A model generated the notes under the pieces. The model had not been told where the DNA came from, searched no databases, and was given only the letters and a program-made list of their open reading frames with translations. A DNA stretch of 64,000 nucleotides from Candidatus Margulisiibacteriota bacterium (GTDB lineage: Bacteria; Margulisbacteria; Marinamargulisbacteria; JBFWNS01): the NCBI GenBank assembly GCA_050250935.1, contig JBFWNS010000007.1:1-64000 (forward strand), given 5' to 3'. A program made the translations under genes and the position numbers. Positions 47,194-57,663 of this stretch are shown here, in pieces (the stretch's first letter is position 1; every line of letters begins with the position of its first letter).

Positions 47194-47417
47194 GGGTGCT
47201 CCTTAACGGGAATGGCTGGGTCGAATCCGCCCCGATGAAAGGGGTGACAAGAGCCCAAGCGTTTGATGATTTTAGGAAGGGCAACAGAAAGGGGAAAGGC
47301 GTCGAGCACGTCCAATGCATAGACCGAGCAAGTGGGATGGAAGCGGCAGCGTGGCCCAAGAACAGGCGACAGCGTGTACCGATAGAGGTGAATGAGGGTT
47401 CTCAGGACAACTTTCAT
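47190..47417 (-). CDS. yidD: Membrane protein insertion efficiency factor
   Basis: CRFHPTCSVY and CHPF..GG.DP motifs. Confidence 0.93.
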   Translation of the reverse strand: MKVVLRTLIHLYRYTLSPVLGPRCRFHPTCSVYALDVLDAFPLSVALPKIIKRLGSCHPFHRGGFDPAIPVKEHP

Positions 47418-47740
47418 AGGTCGTTTTTCTTGCTCAGATGGTGAAGTAATTTTGAAAATGCGAACAGAACTTCGTCAAACGGTGCAGTTACCAGGGCCGA
47501 TTTTGCCAAAAAAACTTTGTCTACAGGACTGGATAAAAGCTCGGGATGTTGCCTACAAATCTCGCGAAGCCGGCGTTTGGCGCGGTTTCGTTTGACAGCG
47601 TTGCCCATTTTTTTGCCTGCCACAAAGGCAATTTTAGGTTCGTCTTCAAAAGGGGGGGCATACAAAACCCTAAGGAAGCGATTTTCAATGGCTTTGGGCG
47701 ATTGAAACAGGTGGTCGAAATGGCGTTTTTTGCGAATTAT
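47414..47740 (-). CDS. rnpA: Ribonuclease P protein component (probable non-canonical ATA start)
   Basis: [18 protein letters not shown] motif. The reading frame extends upstream through IRKKRHF to an ATA that overlaps the rpmH stop. Confidence 0.9.
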   Translation of the reverse strand: MIRKKRHFDHLFQSPKAIENRFLRVLYAPPFEDEPKIAFVAGKKMGNAVKRNRAKRRLREICRQHPELLSSPVDKVFLAKSALVTAPFDEVLFAFSKLLHHLSKKNDL

Positions 47741-47871
47741 ACCGCTAATTTATGACGACCTTTGCGACGACGGTTGGCCAATACTCGGCGACCACCGACT
47801 GTTTTAGAGCGAACCAAAAAACCATGGGTGCGCTTGCGTTTACGTTGATTGGGTTGAAAAGTACGTTTCAT
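47737..47871 (-). CDS. rpmH: 50S ribosomal protein L34
   Basis: Translated by hand: [52 protein letters not shown]. Confidence 0.97.
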   Translation of the reverse strand: MKRTFQPNQRKRKRTHGFLVRSKTVGGRRVLANRRRKGRHKLAV

Positions 47872-47907
47872 GGGACTGTCCTTACTAAAAAAAAACTAAG
47901 GCCAGAA

Positions 47908-48534
47908 TTATATAAGACAGTTCTTGATAGGGTCAAGGCTTTGCAGGGCAGGGAATCGCCTGGAAAGGCCCGTGGTTATATAGGGATGGTAGTGGCTTGG
48001 AAAGTGGTTTTTGTCTCCGCATCCACTGTGAATGATGCCTTGGACCAGCAACCTTTTTCGCAAACGACGCAGGGTTAGGCCCATTACTTTGTCGGGCCCG
48101 ATGGCCAGTTCGTAGGGGCTGTAATAGGTGGCACAATAATGGGGATTTTTGGGGGATGCTGGGGTTGGGTGGGTGGTTTCAAGGCCCAATGTCCGCAAAC
48201 GGGATTGAACGCGTTCTGTGAAAAACCCGATTTTTTCGGCAAGAGACTTGGGCAAGTGGGGGTCTTGGTCGTCGGTGGCATAGGTAAACAACAGATCGCC
48301 TGGAAAATGGAACACCAAGCCGCCACCTGTTAGCCGTTTGGCGGCGTCTATCGTGGCCAAATCTTCGGGAAGGGTTTGGTTGTGGCCAAAGGTGACGCTG
48401 GTGTTTTCCCAGGTGTACCAGCGAATCCACCGTTCTTGGGGACGGCAGGTTTGGGCCAAATGGGCATCGAAGGCCATGTTTTCGGCGGCTGTTTTAAAGG
48501 CAGTGTCGACAGAGTGGGTGGTCCAAGACGGCAT
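47908..48534 (-). CDS. Lipoate-protein ligase/octanoyltransferase family (LplA/LipM-like), divergent
   Basis: ENMAFD, RWYTW, RLTGGGLVFH and KVMG motifs. Confidence 0.75.
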   Translation of the reverse strand: MPSWTTHSVDTAFKTAAENMAFDAHLAQTCRPQERWIRWYTWENTSVTFGHNQTLPEDLATIDAAKRLTGGGLVFHFPGDLLFTYATDDQDPHLPKSLAEKIGFFTERVQSRLRTLGLETTHPTPASPKNPHYCATYYSPYELAIGPDKVMGLTLRRLRKRLLVQGIIHSGCGDKNHFPSHYHPYITTGLSRRFPALQSLDPIKNCLI

Positions 48535-49075
48535 CAAGCCCGGCTCCTTTTCTTCGAATTTGGGGGGTATCGCCAGCACAATCCAGGACGGTGGATGCGG
48601 CTCCCCCCAAGGGCGGCAGATCGGTAGCCATAAAATCGACCCCGGTTTTCAGGGCTTCTGGCACTTCGGCCAAAGAAGTTGGCGTCGGTTGACCCGACAG
48701 GTTCAAACTGGTGGAAAAAAGGGGGTATCCAACCTCGGCAATTAGCGCGCGCAGTTGGGGGTAATTGGGGCAGCGCAGGGCAACTGTGGGGCCGGGGACG
48801 GCGCCTGATAAAAGGTCTTTTTTGGGTAAAATCAGGGTGATGGGGCCTGGCCACAAGTCGTTGGCCAAAGTTTCTTTGTAAACGGCATCAAACAGGGCAT
48901 AGTGGGTGGCCATGGCCTGATCGGCTATCAATAGAATAAATGGAGAGCTAGGGTCTCGGTGTTTAAGCTTGGCGATGCGTTGGGCGTTTTCGGCCGTGGC
49001 AAGCCCGCTGAGTCCCCAGACCGTATCCGTGCCCAGAATCCCTATTTGTCCGGCTTTAAGGGCGGATGCCCACAT
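48494..49075 (-). CDS. tsaC: Threonylcarbamoyl-AMP synthase (YrdC/Sua5)
   Basis: TDTVWGL, KHR, WPGPITLIL, STSLNLSG and STVLD motifs; TGATG coupling to the upstream gene. Confidence 0.88.
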   Translation of the reverse strand: MWASALKAGQIGILGTDTVWGLSGLATAENAQRIAKLKHRDPSSPFILLIADQAMATHYALFDAVYKETLANDLWPGPITLILPKKDLLSGAVPGPTVALRCPNYPQLRALIAEVGYPLFSTSLNLSGQPTPTSLAEVPEALKTGVDFMATDLPPLGGAASTVLDCAGDTPQIRRKGAGLDAVLDHPLCRHCL

Positions 49076-50499
49076 CAGCTCGATGCACCCAAGAGGATGG
49101 ATTTGGCGGTGGCATCCGAGATCAAGCCCCGATTTACTTTGTCGGTGACATCGTGTTTGAGGGAATGGGTTTTGGCTTGGGTTAGCCAGTCGTCCAGGGT
49201 GGTGTTGGGGTTGGGTTGGGCCACATAGCGCAGGTCGCTGATGACGGTGCGTCCCCCCGTTCCAGTGGCTGTTGGCACCAAATGCTGAGAGACAATGCCT
49301 TTGAGGCAATTAAGCAACAAAAACGAATCCAAATTAAATTGAGCCAAGCGCATTAACGTGGCTTGGGGACTGGGCGTGTGAAGGGTGGAGAGAACCAGAT
49401 GCCCGGTATAGGCCGCTTCGATGGCAATGGCTGCGGTTTCTCGGTCGCGAATTTCGCCAATCAGAATCACGTCGGGGTCTTGGCGAAGGCTGGCCCGTAG
49501 GCCCTGGGCAAAGGTATAGCCCGATTCGGGGTTGATCTGAGACTGCCGAATGCCGGGAATCAGGGCTTCGACCGGGTCTTCCAGGGTAATGATGTTGCTG
49601 GTTCTGGTTTTAAGCAAGTGGCTTAACAGGCTGTACACGGTGGTACTTTTGCCAGCACCCGTGGCGCCGGTGACCAAAATCAAGCCGCTTTTGTGGGTTA
49701 ACATGGCTTCGATCAAGGTTTTGGCGGGGTCTGAAAACCCCAGCTGTTCTAGGGGGGTGTCTTGGTAGAGGTGTTTGAAAAACCGCAGGACAAAATCTTC
49801 GCCATGGATGGTAGGTAGGGCCGAAATGCGAACGTCATAAACCAGGTTGTTGTGGGTGATCGACAGACGCCCATCTTGGGGTTTGGTGCTGATGGAAATG
49901 TCCATGCCGGCCTCGTATTTGAGCAGGGATACCCATTCGTTTTTCTGGTCGGTAGGTACGGTGGTTTGAAAAACCAAGTTGCCATGAATGCGAAACACCA
50001 CGGATAGGCCCTCTGCTGTGCTATACAAATGCAGGTCCGAGGCCTCTTTGTCGATGGCTTCGCCCACCACCTGCCAGAGTCGCGAGGGGCTGGACTGGGT
50101 TGCCGAAAACTGGGCGTCCAATTCTGAACTGGAGACCAGATAGAGCTGCACCACCTGTTCGGGGTGGGCCAGGGTTTGGAAATAGGGGTTAAAGGGATTG
50201 TCGGTGGCCAGGCAAAGCACGGTTGGTGTTTCGTAAACGGGAATAAACCGCTCGCGCCGAAGGTCTTCGTCTTGAAAGTTTTGGCGGAGTTTGGGGTCGC
50301 ACAACAGCTCGGTTAAGGCTTTTTGAGCGAACCCGAATTCGGCCGATAGCAGGGGCATCAGCACGGCATCGGGCAACTGGTGTGTGGTTCGAAGCTGGGT
50401 CAGCAAAGACTGGGCAGAAACCTCAGAAAAGCCTTCCAAAGTTTGGGCAGAAACCAAGCCATTGCTCAGGCAGGCTTGAATCAATCGGTGGGTTGCCAT
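49075..50499 (-). CDS. GspE/PilB/ComGA-family secretion/pilus ATPase
   Basis: ASDLH, PQDGR, GATGAGKSTT, LEDPVE, LRQDPD..GEIRD and TGHLVLSTLH motifs; GGAGGTG RBS. Confidence 0.92.
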   Translation of the reverse strand: MATHRLIQACLSNGLVSAQTLEGFSEVSAQSLLTQLRTTHQLPDAVLMPLLSAEFGFAQKALTELLCDPKLRQNFQDEDLRRERFIPVYETPTVLCLATDNPFNPYFQTLAHPEQVVQLYLVSSSELDAQFSATQSSPSRLWQVVGEAIDKEASDLHLYSTAEGLSVVFRIHGNLVFQTTVPTDQKNEWVSLLKYEAGMDISISTKPQDGRLSITHNNLVYDVRISALPTIHGEDFVLRFFKHLYQDTPLEQLGFSDPAKTLIEAMLTHKSGLILVTGATGAGKSTTVYSLLSHLLKTRTSNIITLEDPVEALIPGIRQSQINPESGYTFAQGLRASLRQDPDVILIGEIRDRETAAIAIEAAYTGHLVLSTLHTPSPQATLMRLAQFNLDSFLLLNCLKGIVSQHLVPTATGTGGRTVISDLRYVAQPNPNTTLDDWLTQAKTHSLKHDVTDKVNRGLISDATAKSILLGASS

Positions 50500-50519
50500 G
50501 GCGAGCACCTCCAAGTTGT

Positions 50520-51560
50520 TTAGTCCGAGAACAAAACCTTTTTAAGGATGTCGATTTCTTCCAGCGCTTTACCGGTACCCAAGGCAACACAAACCAGGGG
50601 ATCGTTGGCAATGTAAACCGCAATGTTGGTCTCGGCTTGAATGTGACGGTCAAGGCCTTTAAGCAAAGCACCGCCCCCGGCCAAGGTGATGCCGGTGTTC
50701 ATAATATCGGATGAAAGTTCAGGAGGGGTTTTTTCCAAGGTGGCTTTGATGCCTTCTACAATGATGCGAACTGGTTCCCGAAGGGCTTCGCGAATTTCGG
50801 CGCTGGTGATGGTGAAGGTTTTGGGTAGTCCAGAGACCAGGTCGCGGCCCCGGACATCCATGGTTTTGTCTTCGCCAGTATCAAAGGCCGACCCCAAGGT
50901 GATTTTGATTTCTTCGGCGGTTCTTTCGCCGATCAACAATCGGTAGTTGTCGCGGCAGTGGTTGATGATGGCTTCGTCCATTTCGTCACCAGCCACACGG
51001 ATGGATTTTGCCACAACAATGCCGCCCAACGAAATCACGGCAACTTCTGTGGTTCCGCCGCCGATGTCGACAATCATGCTGCCCGTGGGTTCAGAGATGG
51101 GCAGGTTGGCCCCGATGGCTGCGGCCATGGGTTCTTCAATCAAATAGGCTTCTTTGGCGCCAGCATGATAGGCGGCATCCAAAACGGCGCGTTTTTCGAC
51201 GCCGGTAATCCCAGACGGAATCCCCACAATAATGCGGGGGCGCAGCAGAAAACTGGTGTTGGTTAAGGCTTTTTTAATGAAATATTTCAGCATGGTTTCG
51301 GTGATGTCGAAGTCTGCGATAACCCCGTCACGGAGGGGGCGAACGGCGATGACGTTACCTGGGGTTCTGCCGATCATTTTTTTGGCTTCGTCTCCAACGG
51401 CCAATACGGTGTTTTTGTTACTGTCTAGGGCGACTACCGAAGGTTCTTGAATCACAATGCCGGCATTTTTAGCAAAAACCAGGGTGTTGGCGGTTCCCAA
51501 GTCGATGCCCAAATCGCAGCGCAAATGGGGAAAAAGTTTAGAAAGCAATTGCATAACCAT
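50520..51560 (-). CDS. mreB: Rod shape-determining protein MreB
   Basis: [25 protein letters not shown] and GGGALL motifs. Confidence 0.97.
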   Translation of the reverse strand: MVMQLLSKLFPHLRCDLGIDLGTANTLVFAKNAGIVIQEPSVVALDSNKNTVLAVGDEAKKMIGRTPGNVIAVRPLRDGVIADFDITETMLKYFIKKALTNTSFLLRPRIIVGIPSGITGVEKRAVLDAAYHAGAKEAYLIEEPMAAAIGANLPISEPTGSMIVDIGGGTTEVAVISLGGIVVAKSIRVAGDEMDEAIINHCRDNYRLLIGERTAEEIKITLGSAFDTGEDKTMDVRGRDLVSGLPKTFTITSAEIREALREPVRIIVEGIKATLEKTPPELSSDIMNTGITLAGGGALLKGLDRHIQAETNIAVYIANDPLVCVALGTGKALEEIDILKKVLFSD

Positions 51561-51644
51561 AATTAAAAGCTCCGTTTTGTTTGGAAAAATTGAATAAAAA
51601 ACCCGAAGAAGGGTTATTATACCAGATTGGGTTGATTGCGCTAG

Positions 51645-53276
51645 CTAAGAAATCAGTTGATTCAGGGTCTCGATTTCCACCCGTTTGGCCAGGTGTTCGT
51701 AGGGTTGAATGGCTTGGTTTTCAAGCGGAATATCCAAGTCTTTCCAGCTTAAAGGGGGTAGATTCAAAAACTGTTCAACGCCATGCACGATGGTGGGTAG
51801 CACGGGTTTGAGGTAGATGGACAACAGCTTTAAGGCAGCCAGGCCGGTGGTGCAGATCATTCGGGCGGCTTCGGTGTCGGTTTTGGCCACATCCCAGGGG
51901 GCTGAATCGTTGATAAATTTATTGGCTTGGTCGGCCAGATGCATGATGTCGCGAATGGCTTGGCTGTAGGCGAGGGTTTCGAAATTTGTTGCGATGGCAT
52001 CGGCTGCATTTCGAATGGTGTCCAAAAGCGCTGCGCCAGAAGGATGGGATACAGACAGTGTCCCTTCGCATTTTTTGTTTACCACCGAACCCAATCGACT
52101 GGCGATGTTGACAAATTTTCCGACAACATCGGAATTGATTCGGTATACAAAATCTTCCAAGTTAAGGTCGATGTCCGAGATGTCTGCGGATAATTTTGCA
52201 GCGTAGTAATAGCGCAAATAGTCGGGGGGAAGCAGGTTTAAGTAGTCTCTGGCTTTGATAAAAGTGCCCCTGCTTTTGGACATTTTTTCGCCATTGATGG
52301 TTAAAAAACCGTGGATGTGAACTTGGGTAGGCAAGGTATATCCACCAACCATGGCCATGGCTGGCCAAAACAAGGTGTGGAAATACAAAATGTCTTTGCC
52401 AATAAAATGGTGAATTTCGTGATTGGATTTTTCGGCGTCCCAAATCGCTTCGAAGTTGTGGCCATGAGCTTGGCACCATTGGAGGGTGGTGGCCAAATAG
52501 CCAACTGGAGCGTCGAGCCAGACATAAAAATATTTGTCGGTGGTGCCGGGAATGGTGAATCCAAAATAGGGAGCGTCTCTGGAAATGTCCCAATCTTTTA
52601 GGCCTTTTGTAAACCATTCTTTGAGTTTGTTTTGAATTTCGGGCCGTACGTGATGTTCATCAAAAATCCAGGTTTTAAGCTGTTCTGTTAATAAAGACAA
52701 TTTGAAAAAGTGGTGGGTGGAGCTTTTTAAGACAGGGACTGTCCCACATTCGGCGCATTTGGGATCAATCAGATCGGTGGGGTCGTAGAGGGTTGAACAT
52801 TTTTCGCAGCCGTCCCCGTATTGGTCTTCGGCTTTGCAACTGGGGCAGGTGCCTCGGATGAAACGGTCCGGCAAAAACATGGTGCAGCTGGGACAATACA
52901 ATTGGTCGATGTTGCGTTCTTCAATAATGCCTTTGGCTTTGGCGGCCAGGTAGAGTTTTTCGGACAAAACCCGGTTTTCCTCGCAGTGGGTGCTGCCATA
53001 GAGGTTAAAATCGATGCCGAAGTCCCGGAAGTCTTGTTCGTGTTCGAGGTGGATTTCAGCAATCATGGCTTCTGGGGAAATGCCCCGTTTTTTGGCCCCC
53101 AACATGATGGGGGTTCCGTGGGTATCGTCGGCACAAAAATATAGGCAAGAATGCCCCCGGCCTTTTTGGAAGCGCACCCACATGTCGGTTTGCAAGGTTT
53201 CGACCAAATGCCCAATGTGAATGGGGCCATTGGCATAGGGCAAAGCGCTGGTGACCAGGAGATTACGGTGGCTCAA
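51645..53276 (-). CDS. metG: Methionine--tRNA ligase (short form, no C-terminal tRNA-binding domain)
   Basis: [12 protein letters not shown], Zn knuckles, WDISR and KMSKS motifs. Confidence 0.97.
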   Translation of the reverse strand: MSHRNLLVTSALPYANGPIHIGHLVETLQTDMWVRFQKGRGHSCLYFCADDTHGTPIMLGAKKRGISPEAMIAEIHLEHEQDFRDFGIDFNLYGSTHCEENRVLSEKLYLAAKAKGIIEERNIDQLYCPSCTMFLPDRFIRGTCPSCKAEDQYGDGCEKCSTLYDPTDLIDPKCAECGTVPVLKSSTHHFFKLSLLTEQLKTWIFDEHHVRPEIQNKLKEWFTKGLKDWDISRDAPYFGFTIPGTTDKYFYVWLDAPVGYLATTLQWCQAHGHNFEAIWDAEKSNHEIHHFIGKDILYFHTLFWPAMAMVGGYTLPTQVHIHGFLTINGEKMSKSRGTFIKARDYLNLLPPDYLRYYYAAKLSADISDIDLNLEDFVYRINSDVVGKFVNIASRLGSVVNKKCEGTLSVSHPSGAALLDTIRNAADAIATNFETLAYSQAIRDIMHLADQANKFINDSAPWDVAKTDTEAARMICTTGLAALKLLSIYLKPVLPTIVHGVEQFLNLPPLSWKDLDIPLENQAIQPYEHLAKRVEIETLNQLIS

Positions 53277-54457
53277 GGGGTGACCTCTAGTTTTAGAAAA
53301 TGGCGTTTTCCCGCTTTTAAAACATCGCCGGTTTTGGCTTCTAGGCTATGGAAAACATCGGTAATTTTGGTGTCGTTAATGCTGACGCCGCCTTGGGCAA
53401 TCAGGCGAGAGGCCTCCTTTTTAGAAGGGGAAATCCCCGCTTCCACCAGTAAGGCATCCAACCGAACAGGCGCTTGGGGTAAAGCCCAAATCGGCATGTC
53501 GGTTGGCACCCCTTTGCTCACAAAGATCGTCTTAAATTCTTCGAGGGCTGCCACAGCGGCTTCGGCCGAATGAAACTGGGTGACGATGCGAATGGCCAGA
53601 TCAATTTTGGCATCGCGGGGGTTTAAGGTTCCGGCCTTCATGTCGGCATCCATTTGGCTTAAAAAATCGTCCTCAACGGCGGTTAACAAGGTGAAATAGC
53701 GTAAGATTAAGGGGTCTGGAATGGACATGAGCTTGCCAAACATGTCTTTTGGAGAATCCAAAATGGCAATGTGGTTGTGGAGAGATTTGCTCATTTTTTG
53801 AACCCCGTCTAGACCTTCTAGAATGGGAACGGTGAAAATACCCTGGGGTTTTTTGCCGTATTCTTTTTGCAGATGGCGGCCCATTAACAAATTGAATTTT
53901 TGATCGGTTCCCCCCATTTCGATGTCGTTTTCCAAGACGACAGAATCATAGCCCTGGAGCAGGGGATACAAAAATTCGTGAATGCTAATGGCCTGTTGAC
54001 CCTGGAATCGGTTGTGAAAATCTTCTCGTTCCAACATGCGGGCGACGGTGTATTTGCCGGCCAGGCCAATCATGTCTTGCCCAGACAGGGCATTCAGCCA
54101 TTCCGAATTAAACACCACGGTGGTTTTGGCGGGGTCTAGAATTTTAAAGACTTGGTCTTGATAGGTTTTGGCGTTGGCTTGAACCGCCTCCAAGGACAGT
54201 ACTTTTCGGGTTTCGGATTTGCCGGTGGGGTCTCCGATCATGGCGGTAAAATCGCCAATCAAAAAAATGACCTGATGACCCAACTCTTGAAGCAGGCGCA
54301 GTTTTTGAAGCACCACGGTATGGCCCAAATGCAAATCCGAGGCTGAAGGATCGGCTCCCCATTTGATTTTGAGGGGCTTTCCCAGTATCAAATCCTGGAG
54401 ATTTTCAGGGATAATATCGGATAGTCCGCGAAGAAATTGTGATAGTCGCTTGTCCAT
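53273..54457 (-). CDS. tyrS: Tyrosine--tRNA ligase
   Basis: GADP...[21 protein letters not shown] and KMSKS motifs; C-terminal S4 domain. Confidence 0.97.
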   Translation of the reverse strand: MDKRLSQFLRGLSDIIPENLQDLILGKPLKIKWGADPSASDLHLGHTVVLQKLRLLQELGHQVIFLIGDFTAMIGDPTGKSETRKVLSLEAVQANAKTYQDQVFKILDPAKTTVVFNSEWLNALSGQDMIGLAGKYTVARMLEREDFHNRFQGQQAISIHEFLYPLLQGYDSVVLENDIEMGGTDQKFNLLMGRHLQKEYGKKPQGIFTVPILEGLDGVQKMSKSLHNHIAILDSPKDMFGKLMSIPDPLILRYFTLLTAVEDDFLSQMDADMKAGTLNPRDAKIDLAIRIVTQFHSAEAAVAALEEFKTIFVSKGVPTDMPIWALPQAPVRLDALLVEAGISPSKKEASRLIAQGGVSINDTKITDVFHSLEAKTGDVLKAGKRHFLKLEVTP

Positions 54458-54637
54458 GGTGGTATTTCGGCGTGATGGCGTGTTAGGATGTCCTGCGTTC
54501 GAAATTCCAAGATAACAAGATTGCGAGGCTGATTCAAGCTGATCTTTCGTTCAAGATACCCCATAGGCCGCGTTTCCAAACGGAACTCTCGGTCCTCGAT
54601 TTCCAATTTTTTTAAGGGTCCTCAAAAAGGATCCAGC

Positions 54638-56674
54638 ATGAATTTTTGGATGAAAAAAGCATCGACCTATTTGGGCGTGGCCGCATTATTGGTGGCTTTT
54701 TGCCTGGGTGTGATGGTCTTTGCCATTTCCCGAAAATTGCCCGATGTCGATACACTAACCACGTATATTCCTGCCCAAACCACCAAGATTTATTCTGAAG
54801 ATGGCATTGTTTTGGCGGAATTGCATCAGGAAGAAAACCGGGTGGTTATCCCCATCGAGCAAATTTCGCCAATTTTGCAAAAAACCGTTATTGCTTTGGA
54901 AGACACCGATTTTTATTCCCACCATGGCATCAATTTAAAAGGTATGGGTCGGGCTTTGGTTAAAGATATTTTGCATGGCAGTTTTGTGGAAGGGGCCAGT
55001 ACCCTGACCCAACAATTGGCCCGAAATCTCTTTTTGACCAAGCATAAAACCATGAGCCGAAAAGTGGCCGAAATTGTCTTGGCCATTCAAATTGAGCGGC
55101 GCTATACCAAGACCGAAATTTTGGAAATGTATCTGAACCAAGTGTATTGGGGCCACAATGCGTATGGGATCGAATCGGCTTCTCAGATGTATTTCGGCAA
55201 ACATTCGAAAGACCTTAGTTTGGCAGAGTCCTCCATTTTGGTGGGCATGCTTAAAGGTCCTGAAATTTACAGTCCGTTTAAAGATTTTCAGCGCTCTAAA
55301 GAACGGCAAAAAGTGGTGTTAAACCGCATGGCCAAATTGCACATCATTACCCCAGATCAGGCCAGAGAAGCTTATGCAGAGCCCCTGATTTTAGCAGAGC
55401 GAAAAAGATCTCGGTTTAAAGCGCCCTATTTTACCGCCTATATCGTGAATAAATTGGTATCGATGTATGGGGAAGAAGATACCTATACCTCTGGCATGAA
55501 GGTCTATACCACTGTCGATTACCCCCTTCAGATGAAGGCCGCCGATATTGTGAACCAATATGTGGGGTCTTCCCAGCAAAACCAATTGGTCAATGGACAC
55601 GAATATGGGGGATTGAATGTATCCCAAGCGGCCATTCTAGCCATAGATCCCAGAACGGGCTACATCCGGGCGTTGCAAGGGGGGGTAGATTTTACCCAAA
55701 ACGAATTTAACCGTTGCGTTCAGGCTAAACGTCAGCCTGGATCTGCATTTAAGCCTTTCGTTTATTTGGCGGGTTTGGAAAAAGGCTTGTCGCCTTCATC
55801 AATCATCGAAGATACACCGGTGTCCTTCCATACCTATTCTGGGCTTTATTCTCCGCAAAACTACACCAAAACCTTCCAAGGGCCGGTAACCCTTCGACGG
55901 GCTTTGGAGCAATCGATTAACATTGTGGCCATTAAAATTACCAATATGGTGGGCCCCAAAAATGTGGTTCGTGTGGCCCGGGAATTGGGGATTGTTTCCC
56001 CGCTTCAGCCTGTGTTGTCTCTGCCCCTGGGTGCCAACGAGGTGAATATGTTGGAGTTGACTTCGGCGTATTGTGTGTTGGCCAACGGTGGGGTCAAGGT
56101 TGAAACCACAGGGATTACCCGCATCGACGATCGCAATGGCAGCCCCCTGTTGAAACATCAAATCAAAGAAGAGCGGGTGTTTGATCAAAATTTAATCGCC
56201 ATGTTGGTGGACATGATGCGCGGGGTTATTACCAACGGAACCGGTAAAAATGCCCAGTTGTCTCGTCCAGTGGCCGGTAAAACTGGAACCACTTCGGACT
56301 ATCGCGATGCCTGGTTTGTGGGTTTTGTTCCCCAATTGGTTTGTTCAACTTGGGTGGGCAACGATGATAATTCGAAAATGCACGAGGTGACCGGTGGCTT
56401 TATTCCAGCCTTGATGTGGCGAGATTTTATGATCGAAGCCCTCAAGGCCGTTCCCCCCGAAGAATTTCCTGCGCCCAATGGACTAAGCCGCCGGTTTAAC
56501 GACGATGTGGAATCCACCCCAGACGATGGAACTGCCTTTGAACGACCTGCCTCAGATGCTGCTGTAACCGATAATACCAGCACAGAAGCTGGTCCTGACG
56601 CGACTCAAAAGCTGAATCCCATGAAGCAGAAAAAAGAGCGGGAAGGCGTTATCGACTTTTTTAATAATCGGTAA
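54638..56674 (+). CDS. Class A penicillin-binding protein (PBP1A family)
   Basis: EDTDFYSHHG, GASTLTQQLA, QPGSAFK, SIN and KTGT motifs. Confidence 0.95.
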   Translation: MNFWMKKASTYLGVAALLVAFCLGVMVFAISRKLPDVDTLTTYIPAQTTKIYSEDGIVLAELHQEENRVVIPIEQISPILQKTVIALEDTDFYSHHGINLKGMGRALVKDILHGSFVEGASTLTQQLARNLFLTKHKTMSRKVAEIVLAIQIERRYTKTEILEMYLNQVYWGHNAYGIESASQMYFGKHSKDLSLAESSILVGMLKGPEIYSPFKDFQRSKERQKVVLNRMAKLHIITPDQAREAYAEPLILAERKRSRFKAPYFTAYIVNKLVSMYGEEDTYTSGMKVYTTVDYPLQMKAADIVNQYVGSSQQNQLVNGHEYGGLNVSQAAILAIDPRTGYIRALQGGVDFTQNEFNRCVQAKRQPGSAFKPFVYLAGLEKGLSPSSIIEDTPVSFHTYSGLYSPQNYTKTFQGPVTLRRALEQSINIVAIKITNMVGPKNVVRVARELGIVSPLQPVLSLPLGANEVNMLELTSAYCVLANGGVKVETTGITRIDDRNGSPLLKHQIKEERVFDQNLIAMLVDMMRGVITNGTGKNAQLSRPVAGKTGTTSDYRDAWFVGFVPQLVCSTWVGNDDNSKMHEVTGGFIPALMWRDFMIEALKAVPPEEFPAPNGLSRRFNDDVESTPDDGTAFERPASDAAVTDNTSTEAGPDATQKLNPMKQKKEREGVIDFFNNR

Positions 56675-56695
56675 GTCGTTAGGGATAACAGCGCG

Positions 56696-57244
56696 CTATA
56701 AGGCCAAATAGCGATACAGTGTCGCTTTTGAAATGCCCAGTTGGGTACAAATGCTCCGAATGGCCAGCCCCCCTGCGTGTAAAGCTTTGGCTTTTTCGAT
56801 GGTTTGCGTATCAAGGGCTTTGGGTCTTCCTCCCAGGCGACCCCGTTCGATGGCTGCGGCTCGGCCTTTTAAGGTTCTTTCTTTGATTAAGGTTTTTTCA
56901 ACCGAGGATAGGGTTTGAAACACATGAAAAAATACCTTCCCTTCTCCCGAGGTCAAATCGATGCCTTCTTCGAGACTTCTAAAGCCAATGTGGCGCTGAT
57001 GCAGCTCGGCGATGGTTTCGATTAAATGGGTTAAAGATCTGCCCAAACGGTCCAATTTACAAACCACCAAGACATCGCCTTCTCGCAAAAATTCCAATAC
57101 AATCCTCAGGGATTTTCGTTCGGACGACGGGGTCGAGGTGATGTCGGTGAAGACCTGTTTACACCCAGCTTTTCGAAGGGCCGCTTTTTGGGTGACCAGT
57201 GTTGCCTCTTCGTTGGTGATGGCTCGGGCATAGCCAACTAGCAT
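56696..57244 (-). CDS. Serine resolvase/invertase-family protein lacking the catalytic Ser
   Basis: GYARAIT (canonical GYARVST), LDRLGRS, GRPK and a C-terminal HTH (LGISKATLYRY). Confidence 0.88.
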   Translation of the reverse strand: MLVGYARAITNEEATLVTQKAALRKAGCKQVFTDITSTPSSERKSLRIVLEFLREGDVLVVCKLDRLGRSLTHLIETIAELHQRHIGFRSLEEGIDLTSGEGKVFFHVFQTLSSVEKTLIKERTLKGRAAAIERGRLGGRPKALDTQTIEKAKALHAGGLAIRSICTQLGISKATLYRYLAL

Positions 57245-57663
57245 GGCAGGATCTCCAGCGCTTCGGGTTTGAAATCCTCAGTGTCCAAGTCCAGTTCGAA
57301 GCTGTTTAATTGGGCGGGACGGCCTTTTTCAACGGCCAAAATCAGATAGGAAAAAAAGGGCCAAGCAAAGGACAAATCGGTTGAAGAGGGTTGGGCAGGG
57401 TGGTCGGGGTGGGAATGATAAAACCCCAACAGGGTTAACTGCTTGGACTTGGCCAAGGCTTCTAGGCTGCGATAGTCGTCGGGTGTAATGGCAAAGCGCC
57501 GGGTTTTGTTTTCTTGGGATTGGTTGTCGATGCGGCAGGTTTCGATGGTTATTTTTTGGGTATCGGATACGTTGCCCAACAGGGCTCCACAACATTCGTC
57601 GGGATAGGTTTCGCAAGCGTGGGTTTGAATGTCAGTTAAATGGGTTGGGGATAGTGTAATCAT
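57238..57663 (-). CDS. JAB/M67 metallopeptidase (Mec-like)
   Basis: YPDECCG and GFYHSHPDHPAQPSSTD motifs. Confidence 0.9.
   Translation of the reverse strand: MITLSPTHLTDIQTHACETYPDECCGALLGNVSDTQKITIETCRIDNQSQENKTRRFAITPDDYRSLEALAKSKQLTLLGFYHSHPDHPAQPSSTDLSFAWPFFSYLILAVEKGRPAQLNSFELDLDTEDFKPEALEILPC

Noticed and set aside
47872..47907. Possible oriC/dnaA next to rpmH
   Set aside because: No dnaA gene and no DnaA-box cluster seen; the gap is only about 36 bp.
49076..49309. N-terminal extension of the TsaC ORF in the supplied track
   Set aside because: It overlaps the ATPase gene; the TGATG-coupled ATG at 49075 gives a normal-length protein.
54388..54606. 72-aa ORF between tyrS and PBP1A, or a T-box leader for tyrS
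   Set aside because: The ORF overlaps tyrS out of frame and has no motifs; no T-box consensus was recognised.
56567..56575. Other CGATAAT matches (also near 8185 and 42159)
   Set aside because: They lie inside coding regions, lack the TGAAA-like element at 15-nt spacing and have no suitably placed downstream gene.
56696..57244. Active DNA inversion system or Tn3-like transposon
   Set aside because: The catalytic Ser is absent, and no transposase or flanking inverted sites were found.
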